DNA from: Actinomycetota bacterium
GTDB lineage: Bacteria; Actinomycetota; Thermoleophilia; Solirubrobacterales; JACPNS01
DNA: 64,000 bases
Direction: 5' to 3'
NCBI GenBank assembly: GCA_016213645.1
Contig: JACQZY010000013.1
Span: 193,081-257,080 of the forward strand
The notes under the pieces are model-generated. The model was given only the letters and a program-made list of their open reading frames with translations. It was not told the DNA's origin and made no database searches. Positions 29,209 through 39,111 of the stretch are shown here, one piece after another (position 1 is the stretch's first letter; the number at the start of each line of letters is the position of its first letter). A program made the position numbers and the translations under genes.

Positions 29209-32200
29209 TTGAACCCGACCTCCGGCGACGCAGCACGCGGTCACACCAACGCGGACACCCCCCGTAACTCGGAGGCCGCGGATCTTGCGCTGCCCGTGAA
29301 GCTCGTGCAAGACGACGACGTCTTCGCGGCGCTCACCGGCGATCCGGCGTCACCCGGCCCCCGTGAAGCATTCATCTCGCAGGCCTTCACGCCCTTTGCG
29401 CTCGCGGTGGCCACCCAGCGATTCGCGCCGAATTCGCCGGCGCTGATCGTCACCGCCGACGACCAGGCAGCCCGCAACCTCGCCGCCGACCTCGATGTTT
29501 TTCTGCCCGGACGACCCGTGCGCGTGTACCCGGCGCGTGGCGTGCTCTACGAGTCGCACCTGGACCCTGCCGCGCACCTGGTGGGTCAGCGGATCGGCGC
29601 GCTTGACCGTCTGCAGGAGCCCGGTTCGCGCGCCGTCGTCGTGGCCGGCGCCGCCGCACTGGCCGAGCGCGTGCCAGACGCCGATCTGCGCCCGCACGGC
29701 TTTACGATCGCGCGCGGCGACGTGACCGACCTGGAAGAGCTCACCTCGCAACTTGTGGCCTGTGGTTACGAGCGAGCCGACCGCGTAGAGGACCGCGGCC
29801 AGTTTGCGGTGCGCGGCGACATCTTGGACGTATTTCCCGCCACCGGTGAACACGCGGTGCGCGTGGAACTGTTCGACATCGAAGTCGAGTCGCTGCGGCG
29901 TTTTTCCACTTTCACCCAGCGCTCGCTTGAGGCCGTCGAGCAGGTCGCCGTGGAACCCGCCGCCGAACTGGCGGCGCAGTATCGCGTCGAGGCCGAAGAG
30001 GCGCTGGCCGGTCGCGACGAGGAGGATGGCTCGCCACCGCCGGACATTGCCGAACTACTGCCGATCGAGAAGTTCAACGACGTGCTGGACCTGGCGCCCG
30101 ACGGCGCCTGGCTGGCAATCGCGGGTGAAGAGGACGTGCGCGCCGCGCTGGAGGAACTGTGGGCGGATGTCGCCGCCACCTATCACGACGACAGCGGCCA
30201 CGGACTCTACGTGTCTCCGGAGCGACTGGCGGAACAGCTTGACCAACGGGCGGCACTTCGTGTGTCCAACGTGTCGGCTGCTACCGACGCGGAACAACGC
30301 GTGGAACTGCGCGCCGAACGCCCGCACAGCATGGCCCGCGGTTTCGAAGCCGCAGAGGTTGAGCTGGAGAAGCTGCTGCGCAGCGGCTACCGCACGATCG
30401 TCGCTTGGAATCGCCAAAGCGAGCTTGACCGCGCGCGTTACAACCTCGCGCGAGTGCGCCCGGAAACGCTTGACGACACTTCCGGGCGCACGGAATGGAA
30501 GGGCGTCTTCTTTGTGCGCGCGCAACTGCGCGAAGGTTTTGTGTCGCCCGTTCTAAAGCTGGCGATCATTCCAGACCGAATGCTGCTGCGAGCCCCGGGG
30601 CGCGCGGCGGCTCCGCGGGCGGGCGGCCGCGGAGCGCGCATCGCCGGCTTCGCCGATCTCGCTGTGGGCGACGTAGTCGTACACGAAGACCACGGCATCG
30701 CGCGCTTCAGCGGATTCGATACCAAGACCGTCGCCAACATCACGCGCGACTACCTGACGCTCGAATACCGCGGCGAAGACAAGGTCTTCCTGCCCGCGGA
30801 GCAGCTTCACAAGATCAGCCGATATTTCGGCGCGAGCGGCCCCGACGGCGTGACGCTGAGCAAACTCGGCGGCAAGGCCTGGGAAACGCTCAAGAGCCGC
30901 GCGCGCAAAGCAGCCCACGCCTTGGCAGGCGAGCTGGTCAATCTCTACGCCGAACGCAAACGCGCGATCGGCCACGCATTCAGTCCGGACGGCGACATGC
31001 AGCGCCAGTTCGAGGACGCCTTCCCTTATCGCGAAACCGCCGATCAGATGGAAGCGATCGAGCGCGTGAAGGAGGGCATGGAGTCCGCAACGCCGCTGGA
31101 CATGCTGGTCTGCGGCGACGTTGGCTTCGGCAAGACGGAGGTGGCGCTGCGGGCCGCCTTCAAAGCCGTTCAAGACAGCAAGCAGGTGCTGGTGTTGGCT
31201 CCGACCACGATCCTCACGCAGCAGCACTTCGGCACCTTCAGCGAACGCATGCGCGACTTCCCGGTCAATGTGGACTACGTCAGCCGTTTCCGCTCCAAAT
31301 CCGAGCAAAAAGAAGTGCTCAAACGATTCGAGGCCGGGGCGGTCGACATCTTGATCGGCACGCACCGATTGCTTTCGGCCGACGTGCGGCCGAAGGACCT
31401 CGGGTTGATCGTCGTGGATGAAGAGCAGCGATTCGGCGTTAAACAGAAAGAGCTGCTGCGCCAATTGCGTCTGCGAACGGATGTGATCAGCCTCTCTGCG
31501 ACACCGATCCCGCGCACGCTGCAAATGTCGATGGCGGGGCTGCGCGAGATCGCCGTGATCGCCACGCCGCCGGAGGGCCGCCGACCCGTGCGCACGCACG
31601 TCGGCGAATGGGACGAAGAGGTCGTCAGGCAGGCGCTCGTCCGCGAGTTGGATCGCGGTGGTCAGTCGATCTACATGCACGACCTGATCGACTCGATCGA
31701 CGAGACCGCCGAGCGCGTGCGCGCGTTGCTGCCGAAGTTGCGCGTGGCGGTCGTGCACGGACAGCTCGACGAGAGCGATTTGGAGGAGCGCATGATGGGA
31801 TTTGTGCGCGGCGAGTTTGACTGTCTGGTCTGCACGACGATCGTGGAGAGCGGCCTGGACATCCCTTCGGCGAACACCCTGGTGGTCGAACGCGCGGACA
31901 AGTTGGGTCTCTCGCAGGCCTACCAGATCCGCGGGCGCGTGGGACGCGGCCGCGAGCGCGCGTTTGCGTATTTCCTTTACCCCGGCGCCGCGGCGCTTTC
32001 GCAGGTGGCGGCCGCGCGGCTGTCCACACTGGCCGACTACACCGAGCTCGGCTCCGGCTTCAAGGTGGCGATGCGCGACCTGGAAATCCGCGGAGCCGGC
32101 AATCTGCTGGGCGAGGAACAGTCGGGCCACATCGCGGCCGTCGGCTTTGACCTCTACGTCTCGATGATCGACGCCGCCGTGGCGGAACTCGAAGGCAGTG

Positions 32201-32670
32201 AGCACGAAGAGCCGTCCGAACCAGTGCGGCTGGACGTGACCGTCGACGCCTACGTACCCAGCGACTACGTCACCTACGAACAGGCGAAGATAGAACTTCA
32301 CCGCCGCATCTCCGGCGCTCGCGAGCTGGGCGACGTGGGCACGCTTCGGGAAGAACTCGCCGACCGCTTCGGCCCGGTGCCCGAACAGCTTGAACGGCTG
32401 CTGCTGCTGCAAGAAGCGCGGCTGAAGTTCGGCCGTGCCGGAGCCCGCAACGTCGGCTTTACGGGCGGACGGATGGTGGTGTCGCCGATCGACCTGAACG
32501 CCGAACAGGTCGGGAGAATGCGCGAAGAAATGCCCACGGCCATGTACGATCGCGGGCAGCGATCTATCGCTATGCGCGTGGACGGGGAGCCTGACGCGCA
32601 GTTCCAGGCGCTCGCCGCAATGGCCGACGCCGTGCTCGACGCAGTCGCCGCCGTTCCGGCGACGCCATGA
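29209..32670 (+). CDS. mfd: Transcription-repair coupling factor
   Basis: About 1150 aa with a UvrB-homology N-terminus and a CarD-like segment VVHEDHGIARF. Walker A is GDVGFGKTEVALRAAF, followed by DEEQRFG, helicase C motifs and a C-terminal TRG/D7 region. The TTG start is uncertain. Confidence 0.97.
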   Translation: MNPTSGDAARGHTNADTPRNSEAADLALPVKLVQDDDVFAALTGDPASPGPREAFISQAFTPFALAVATQRFAPNSPALIVTADDQAARNLAADLDVFLPGRPVRVYPARGVLYESHLDPAAHLVGQRIGALDRLQEPGSRAVVVAGAAALAERVPDADLRPHGFTIARGDVTDLEELTSQLVACGYERADRVEDRGQFAVRGDILDVFPATGEHAVRVELFDIEVESLRRFSTFTQRSLEAVEQVAVEPAAELAAQYRVEAEEALAGRDEEDGSPPPDIAELLPIEKFNDVLDLAPDGAWLAIAGEEDVRAALEELWADVAATYHDDSGHGLYVSPERLAEQLDQRAALRVSNVSAATDAEQRVELRAERPHSMARGFEAAEVELEKLLRSGYRTIVAWNRQSELDRARYNLARVRPETLDDTSGRTEWKGVFFVRAQLREGFVSPVLKLAIIPDRMLLRAPGRAAAPRAGGRGARIAGFADLAVGDVVVHEDHGIARFSGFDTKTVANITRDYLTLEYRGEDKVFLPAEQLHKISRYFGASGPDGVTLSKLGGKAWETLKSRARKAAHALAGELVNLYAERKRAIGHAFSPDGDMQRQFEDAFPYRETADQMEAIERVKEGMESATPLDMLVCGDVGFGKTEVALRAAFKAVQDSKQVLVLAPTTILTQQHFGTFSERMRDFPVNVDYVSRFRSKSEQKEVLKRFEAGAVDILIGTHRLLSADVRPKDLGLIVVDEEQRFGVKQKELLRQLRLRTDVISLSATPIPRTLQMSMAGLREIAVIATPPEGRRPVRTHVGEWDEEVVRQALVRELDRGGQSIYMHDLIDSIDETAERVRALLPKLRVAVVHGQLDESDLEERMMGFVRGEFDCLVCTTIVESGLDIPSANTLVVERADKLGLSQAYQIRGRVGRGRERAFAYFLYPGAAALSQVAAARLSTLADYTELGSGFKVAMRDLEIRGAGNLLGEEQSGHIAAVGFDLYVSMIDAAVAELEGSEHEEPSEPVRLDVTVDAYVPSDYVTYEQAKIELHRRISGARELGDVGTLREELADRFGPVPEQLERLLLLQEARLKFGRAGARNVGFTGGRMVVSPIDLNAEQVGRMREEMPTAMYDRGQRSIAMRVDGEPDAQFQALAAMADAVLDAVAAVPATP

Positions 32671-32785
32671 ATTTGCCGCATGAAACAAGGATTAAGCCGG
32701 TTTTACGCCGAAACCAAAGCGATGCCGGGAACGCAAATCGGTTGATATATTGCCCCGCGCCTCGACCACGAAATGAGTTAAGTCC

Positions 32786-33910
32786 GTGAAAAACATCACC
32801 TCCAATAAATTCTTTATCCCCGGCTTCGCGATCGCCGTGACGCTGTTCGTTGTGATCGTCCTTGTGTTCTTCCGCGGGGGCATCCCGGATGACGCCGTTG
32901 CTGTAGTGGACGGCGAAGCGATTACTAAGGCTGATTTCAACCGCACGCTGAAGGTCTTCGCTTCTCAGAGTCAGCCAAACGCCAACGGAAAACCGGTTCT
33001 GCCAGACCCGCCGACGTTCAAGAACTGCGTCGCAAACAAGCGTAAAACCGCTCCGAAGAAGACGTCGGACGGAGACCTGAAGAAGCAGTGCAAGCAGGAC
33101 TACGAGACGGCGCGTGATCAGATCATGGCCGCTCTGATCGATGCACGCTGGTACGAACTTGAAGCAGCCGACCGTGGAATCAAGTTCTCCGACGCGGAAG
33201 TCAAAGCTCGTTTCACGCCATTGAAGCAGCAGACTTTTCCGAAGGAAGCCGACTACCAGAAGTTCCTCAAGTCGAGCGGCCAGACCGAGGCGGACCTTAT
33301 GAAGTTGGTACGTAACCAGATGTACCAAGAGAAGATTCGCGAGAAAGTTTCCAAGCCCAAGCAGCCCACGGCAAAAGACGTCGAGGAGTTCTACAAAAAG
33401 AACCAGCAGCAGTTCAAGCAGCCCGAATCTCGCGACCTGCTTGTGGTCGTGAACAGCAAGAAGGCGAAAGCTGACGCCGCCCTCGCTGAACTGAAGAGTG
33501 GCAAGTCGTTTGCTGTGGTGGCAAAGAAATATTCAGAAGACACCGCTTCGAAGGACTCGGGCGGCAAGATGATGTCCGTTCCGAAGGGGCAATTCGGCGG
33601 TGCGCTGGACAAATCCGTTTACTCCGCGAAGAAAGGCATCCTGGTCGGTCCGATCAAGACTCAGTTCGGCTTCTACCTGTTCAAAGTGACGAAGATAACG
33701 CCGGCCTCGAAGCAATCGCTACAAAAAGCCACTCCACAGATCAAACAACAGCTTCAGTCCACAAACCAGCAAAAAGCATTCGACGACTTCCAGAAAGAGT
33801 TTAAGGAGACGTGGAAGAAGAAGACAGAGTGCGCCGAAGGCTTCGTCACCGAGAGCTGTAAAAACGCTCCGAAGAAGAAGGGCGCGACTGGCGCGACTGG
33901 CGCCAAGTAG
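32786..33910 (+). CDS. Parvulin-type peptidyl-prolyl isomerase (PrsA/SurA-like), membrane-anchored
   Basis: An N-terminal TM (FFIPGFAIAVTLFVVIVLVFF) is followed by a chaperone-like Lys-rich region. The PpiC core is SRDLLVVV...AKKYSED..SKDSGGKM...GPIKTQFGFYLFKV. Confidence 0.85.
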   Translation: MKNITSNKFFIPGFAIAVTLFVVIVLVFFRGGIPDDAVAVVDGEAITKADFNRTLKVFASQSQPNANGKPVLPDPPTFKNCVANKRKTAPKKTSDGDLKKQCKQDYETARDQIMAALIDARWYELEAADRGIKFSDAEVKARFTPLKQQTFPKEADYQKFLKSSGQTEADLMKLVRNQMYQEKIREKVSKPKQPTAKDVEEFYKKNQQQFKQPESRDLLVVVNSKKAKADAALAELKSGKSFAVVAKKYSEDTASKDSGGKMMSVPKGQFGGALDKSVYSAKKGILVGPIKTQFGFYLFKVTKITPASKQSLQKATPQIKQQLQSTNQQKAFDDFQKEFKETWKKKTECAEGFVTESCKNAPKKKGATGATGAK

Positions 33911-33928
33911 CTCGTGCGGCCAGCTTGA

Positions 33929-35311
<1,383 letters not shown>

Positions 35312-35389
35312 ACGCCAGGTTTATCGGAAGTACGGCCGCGTCCCGCGCAGGTCGGTCGGTCGCGCGTCTATCGGAGGATCGCGCGCAGA

Positions 35390-35842
35390 ATGGCCGGTCT
35401 CGCCCGGTCGCGCGCTTGCCAACGGCGGTTACGGCGCAGGTTTTCGAGCGGTCCGCGACGAAAGCCACCACGAATGTCCGCTTCCGGAAAGACTCGTCGT
35501 ACCCGTAGGGACCCAGGCCGTGGGCCCGGTCGCGCCCGCGTGGCGCACCGTTCTTCCGGCACGCCGCTTCGTCGCGGAATTCGCTGGGAGCGAATGTCCG
35601 GCAACTGGCTGATTTTGATCGTGCTCGTGATGCTGGCGTCCTACGTGCCGCCGCTGCACTCGTATTACGTTCAACGCAAAGAGACATCCGCGCAAAAGGC
35701 CCAGTTGCAGCAGCTCGGCAAGGAGAACCGCGCTCTACGCGCCCGAGCAAAGTCGCTGCGGCGAAACTCCACGGTTGAAATCGAAGCACGCAAGCTCGGC
35801 ATGGTCAAAGAGGACGAGCGCGCCTACGTGATCCTGCCCTGA
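35390..35842 (+). CDS. ftsB: Septum formation initiator family protein (FtsB/DivIC-like)
   Basis: An Arg-rich cytoplasmic N-terminus is followed by a single TM (WLILIVLVMLASYV) and a coiled coil (KAQLQQLGKENRALRARAKSL). The C-terminal IEARKLGMVKEDERAYVI motif is present. GGAGGA lies 11 nt before ATG 35390. The position after eno is conserved in actinobacteria. Confidence 0.7.
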   Translation: MAGLARSRACQRRLRRRFSSGPRRKPPRMSASGKTRRTRRDPGRGPGRARVAHRSSGTPLRRGIRWERMSGNWLILIVLVMLASYVPPLHSYYVQRKETSAQKAQLQQLGKENRALRARAKSLRRNSTVEIEARKLGMVKEDERAYVILP

Positions 35843-35911
35843 ACGGTTCACGCGGACACCGGATCCCTGCGAGACGCGCAAGGGATCCGGCGAACCGGTG
35901 ATTGAGTATTA

Positions 35912-36499
35912 CTACGCGGCTTGCTGCGCTTCGTCTGCGGCAGATTCGTCGGACTCTGGGTCCGCCGTCTCTCCCACTTCGCTCGCGCGAGTGATGACGA
36001 TCTGATCAGGTGAGATCGACACTGCGATCGGCCGATGACCCGCCCAATGTTCTGCGTAGACGGGGTCGTCGACGATCGACGGATCAAGCCATAGGCCGTA
36101 GCCTTCTTCGCCGTGGTCGAAGCTCGCCTCGAAAGCAGGGCGTCTGCGCCCGCGTCCGCCGCGGCGTCCGCGGCGTCTGCGTCGTGACGATCCCTCTTCG
36201 GAATCGTCATCGCCACGCGCTGCTTCCGCGGCCTCACGTTCGGCCAAAGCGGCCTCCAGTTCAGCTGCGATCAGCGCGTCGTCTTCTGCTCTCAAGTCAG
36301 GTTCTGCTTCGACCCCGGACAGCACAGCTGGTGCCTCCGCGGCGTTCGCGCCTTCAGCATCGAGCGACTGCTCGCGCTTGAAGGTTGCGATCTCATCCGC
36401 CGTCACGTCCAGCTGATGCGCGATCCAAGCGTCGGTGCGACCTTGGCGCACCCATACGCGGATCTGGTTTAGATGTGGTCTTAGGGGTCTAGTTGCCAT
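35912..36499 (-). CDS. Hypothetical protein with N-terminal HTH-like segment, acidic linker and an Arg/Gly-rich box
   Basis: [44 protein letters not shown] is followed by [18 protein letters not shown] and a conserved-looking C-terminal domain. It is divergent from csrA. Start is ATG 36499 or GTG 36508. No family recognised. Confidence 0.5.
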   Translation of the reverse strand: MATRPLRPHLNQIRVWVRQGRTDAWIAHQLDVTADEIATFKREQSLDAEGANAAEAPAVLSGVEAEPDLRAEDDALIAAELEAALAEREAAEAARGDDDSEEGSSRRRRRGRRGGRGRRRPAFEASFDHGEEGYGLWLDPSIVDDPVYAEHWAGHRPIAVSISPDQIVITRASEVGETADPESDESAADEAQQAA

Positions 36500-36688
36500 G
36501 ACGCGCACACTATCAGCGCCCCGCCATGCGGCTCGTCGCGAAAATTAGGTGCTTCAGGTATAGACAAACGGGGTGAGTTTCCAGTATCGTTAATCGATAG
36601 TCGGATTCTGGACGTAACCGCCCGGGGGAGAAAATTCGGTAGGATCGGTGTGCGGCCTGCACCGTTCCCGTGCTTGGAGGCACAACCC

Positions 36689-36934
36689 ATGCTCGTTTTA
36701 ACAAGGAAATCGAACCAGAGCATCATGATCGCGGATGACGTTGAGATCTCCGTGCTCTCGATCGTGGGCGACAAGGTACGCATCGGTATCGAGGCGCCGA
36801 AGTCGATCCCAATCTTCCGCAAAGAGGTCTACCTGCAGATCCAGCGCGAGCGCGCTGAAGAGCAGGCGGGACACCCCGACGCGACTCCCGAAGCCGTCGA
36901 AGCCGCGCTCGGCCGCATCACCGCCGACGGCTGA
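36689..36934 (+). CDS. csrA: Carbon storage regulator CsrA (RNA-binding translational regulator)
   Basis: [48 protein letters not shown] matches the CsrA family signature almost residue for residue. GGAGG lies 8 nt upstream of ATG 36689. The protein has an extended acidic C-terminus. Confidence 0.9.
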   Translation: MLVLTRKSNQSIMIADDVEISVLSIVGDKVRIGIEAPKSIPIFRKEVYLQIQRERAEEQAGHPDATPEAVEAALGRITADG

Positions 36935-37105
36935 GCCGGAAGACGAAGCCGCCCAACTGCACCGAGGCTGAGCCGGAAGGCGAAGCCGCCCAACTGCACC
37001 GAGGCCGAGCCGGAAGGCGAAGCCGCCCAACTGCACCGAGGCCGAGCCGGAAGGCGAAGCCGCGATAGAGCGCCGAGGCTGAGCCGGCAGGCTCAAGCCC
37101 GGCAG
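36930..37105 (+). repeat. 37-bp head-to-tail tandem repeat, about 4.7 copies, filling the csrA 3' intergenic region
   Basis: Units lie at 36930-36966, 36967-37003, 37004-37040, 37041-37077 and 37078-37105 (degenerate). The consensus is GCYGAGCCGGAAGRCGAAGCCGCCCAACTGCACCGAG. Units 1-3 differ from one another at 1-2 positions. Confidence 0.9.
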
Positions 37106-37106
37106 A

Positions 37107-37346
37107 TCAGCTCATCAACCAAGCGAGCACGTTGAACATCGCGATGCTCACGAGTACGACCGTGGCGAGCAGCGTCGCAACCAGCGTGACGTAGCGCCGG
37201 AACTGGCTCTGCTGGTGACGTTCGCGGTGGCGTACCTTCGTGCGCTGAATCGCCTCGCGCCGTACCTGCTGGCGCTCTGCTCGATCAGTGTGTGTGTGCT
37301 CGTGAAACGCCCGCTCGAACTCGGCGAATGACTGCCTCATTCTCAT
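37107..37346 (-). CDS. Small tail-anchored membrane protein (hypothetical)
   Basis: A 79-aa product with a charged His/Arg-rich N-terminal half and a single C-terminal TM (YVTLVATLLATVVLVSIAMFNVLAWL). It starts 12 nt downstream of the nuclease gene stop, with AGGA upstream. Confidence 0.45.
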   Translation of the reverse strand: MRMRQSFAEFERAFHEHTHTDRAERQQVRREAIQRTKVRHRERHQQSQFRRYVTLVATLLATVVLVSIAMFNVLAWLMS

Positions 37347-37358
37347 AGCGAATTCATC

Positions 37359-37997
37359 CTAGCGGTCGCAGGCTCCCCAGAGACCCCGGTTTGTGCGAAT
37401 TGCCACACGCTCAAGCCGGGCCAGATAGCCCGCCTTCGAGGTGTTCGGCTCGATCTCCAGGGTGCGGGCAAAGCCGTTTTTAACGAGCTCGGCGTTGACG
37501 AATTCGTCCTCTAGATATACAAACGCCAGAGTGCGGCCGTAGCGGTCGCGAGGCTCACGGTCGGGCACCATACGCACCCGACGACCGTCCACCAGCGAGC
37601 GATTAAAGGCGGCCGCCTCTTTGCCGTAGCAGTCCACCGGCGCGCCCGGTTTGACCGACTCCGGAGTGTCGACGCCGATGTAACGCACGCGCTCGGTGCG
37701 GCGCGTTGGGCGATCGGCCGCGCCGAGGATGCGCACGAGGATCGTGTCGCCGTCGACTACTCGCAGCACGACTGCGCGACGCTCGTCCGCCGCATCGGCC
37801 GGATCACCGGAATCGCGGCCGTCGGAACCAGACCCATCGGAATCAAACGCGGCGTCGTCGGTCGTAGTGGTGTCCTCACCGCCGGCGATTTGGTCGCCAT
37901 TAGTGACTTCGGACGGTGCCGGTTTGATCAACCCGTACCCAAGCGCCACCAGCGCCACAAACAAAACGACCCAGGTACGGGCTTGCCGAGCAGTCAT
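37359..37997 (-). CDS. Thermonuclease / staphylococcal nuclease (SNase)-like secreted nuclease
   Basis: An N-terminal anchor (TWVVLFVALVALGYGLI) is followed by the SNase core VVDGDTILV...RVRYIGVDTPE...YGKEA...DRYGRTLAFVY...NAELVKNGFA. ATG 37997 was chosen to avoid overlap with the aldolase gene. Confidence 0.85.
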   Translation of the reverse strand: MTARQARTWVVLFVALVALGYGLIKPAPSEVTNGDQIAGGEDTTTTDDAAFDSDGSGSDGRDSGDPADAADERRAVVLRVVDGDTILVRILGAADRPTRRTERVRYIGVDTPESVKPGAPVDCYGKEAAAFNRSLVDGRRVRMVPDREPRDRYGRTLAFVYLEDEFVNAELVKNGFARTLEIEPNTSKAGYLARLERVAIRTNRGLWGACDR

Positions 37998-38056
37998 GCG
38001 CTTGCTCGGAGCCCGGACCCGGATCGTCAGTTCAGATTCGTACCGTCGCGACGCCG

Positions 38057-38977
38057 TTAGGGCTGGCGCACGACGCTGCTGACCAGAGTTTCCTTGATCT
38101 GGTCGATGATCTCGGTGGCGGCACCATACTCGCGCTGCCAAACGTTGCGGCCGTAGATCACGCCGCTGCCGCCGGCCTCCATGATCAGCTTGGTCTGCGC
38201 GAGCAGTTCCTCATCGCTGATCTTCGAGCCACCGGAGAGCACCACCAGCGAACGGCCGGCGCTCTCGACGCACTGGCGGATCGCCTCGGCCTGGTCCACG
38301 TCCAGGTCCGGATACGGAGCCGGCGAAAGCGCTTCCTTCTCGGGAACGATCTTCGGCATGTTGATCTTGACGATGTCTGCGCCCATCTCCATCGCCATGC
38401 GCGCCGCGTAGTCAACGGCGTAGAAGCTGGTCTGACCGCCCTTGGCCTCGACGTCACGGCCGCGCGGGTAGCTCCAGATCACCAGCGGCATGCCGTAGCG
38501 ATCGCATTCCTCACGCACCTCGCCGAGCTGACGCAGGTCGTCGTCCTGGCGCGGCGAACCGACGTAGAGCGTGTAACCGACGGCGTCGGCCCCAAGGCGA
38601 ACGGCGTCCTCGACGCTGGCGTTGACCGCACTGAAAGCCTCGTCAGACGGCGGAATGTCGGTCTTGCCGTTGAGCTTGAGCAGCAGCGGCACCTGGCCTG
38701 CGTAGTCCGGGTAGTACTTGGTCGCGAAGCCGATCTGGCAGGCGATCGCGCTGTAGCCGGCCTCGGCGGCGAGTCTGAACTGGTAGTCCGGGTCCTTCGA
38801 GGCGGGGTTGGGGAAAAAGTCGCGCGGACCGTGCTCGATGCCCTGGTCGATCGGTAGGAACATCAGCGAGCCGTTGCCGGGACCGAACTTGTAGAGCATT
38901 CGGTGAAGTCGGGCTTTCTTGCCCGGCGACAATACGTCGAGCAGAGACTTTTGAGCGGTGAGGGTGGGCGTTGCCAT
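38057..38977 (-). CDS. Class I fructose-bisphosphate aldolase (DhnA/FbaB archaeal-type, DeoC/LacD fold)
   Basis: FLPIDQGIEHGP, LLLKLNG, GADAVGYTLYVGS, ADIVKIN and VVLSGG are characteristic of the class Ia FBP aldolase family. Confidence 0.8.
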   Translation of the reverse strand: MATPTLTAQKSLLDVLSPGKKARLHRMLYKFGPGNGSLMFLPIDQGIEHGPRDFFPNPASKDPDYQFRLAAEAGYSAIACQIGFATKYYPDYAGQVPLLLKLNGKTDIPPSDEAFSAVNASVEDAVRLGADAVGYTLYVGSPRQDDDLRQLGEVREECDRYGMPLVIWSYPRGRDVEAKGGQTSFYAVDYAARMAMEMGADIVKINMPKIVPEKEALSPAPYPDLDVDQAEAIRQCVESAGRSLVVLSGGSKISDEELLAQTKLIMEAGGSGVIYGRNVWQREYGAATEIIDQIKETLVSSVVRQP

Positions 38978-39111
38978 TACCGGTGAAACTCCTAATTTGA
39001 GTCAGGTTCGAAATCAGTACGAATCTGGATGAATTGCCGGGGAAACAGCTTATCCCAGGGTTCTGGGCCGATCGTGTCGGCGGGCCGCGCCGATACGATG
39101 CGGCACAAGCC

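Noticed and set aside
32786-33910. A locally lower-GC stretch (the PPIase gene) as horizontally acquired DNA. The same question arises for the Lys-rich 3' ends at 6652-7287 and 60623-61111.
   Set aside because: The composition shift follows the Lys-rich (AAG/AAA) protein sequence rather than the gene boundaries. The PPIase gene sits inside the conserved mfd-eno neighbourhood, with no mobility genes nearby.
36930-37105. The 37-bp repeat array as a CRISPR locus.
   Set aside because: The units are directly contiguous with no spacers. No cas genes are in the window, and the units degenerate progressively. This is a tandem repeat, not a CRISPR array.
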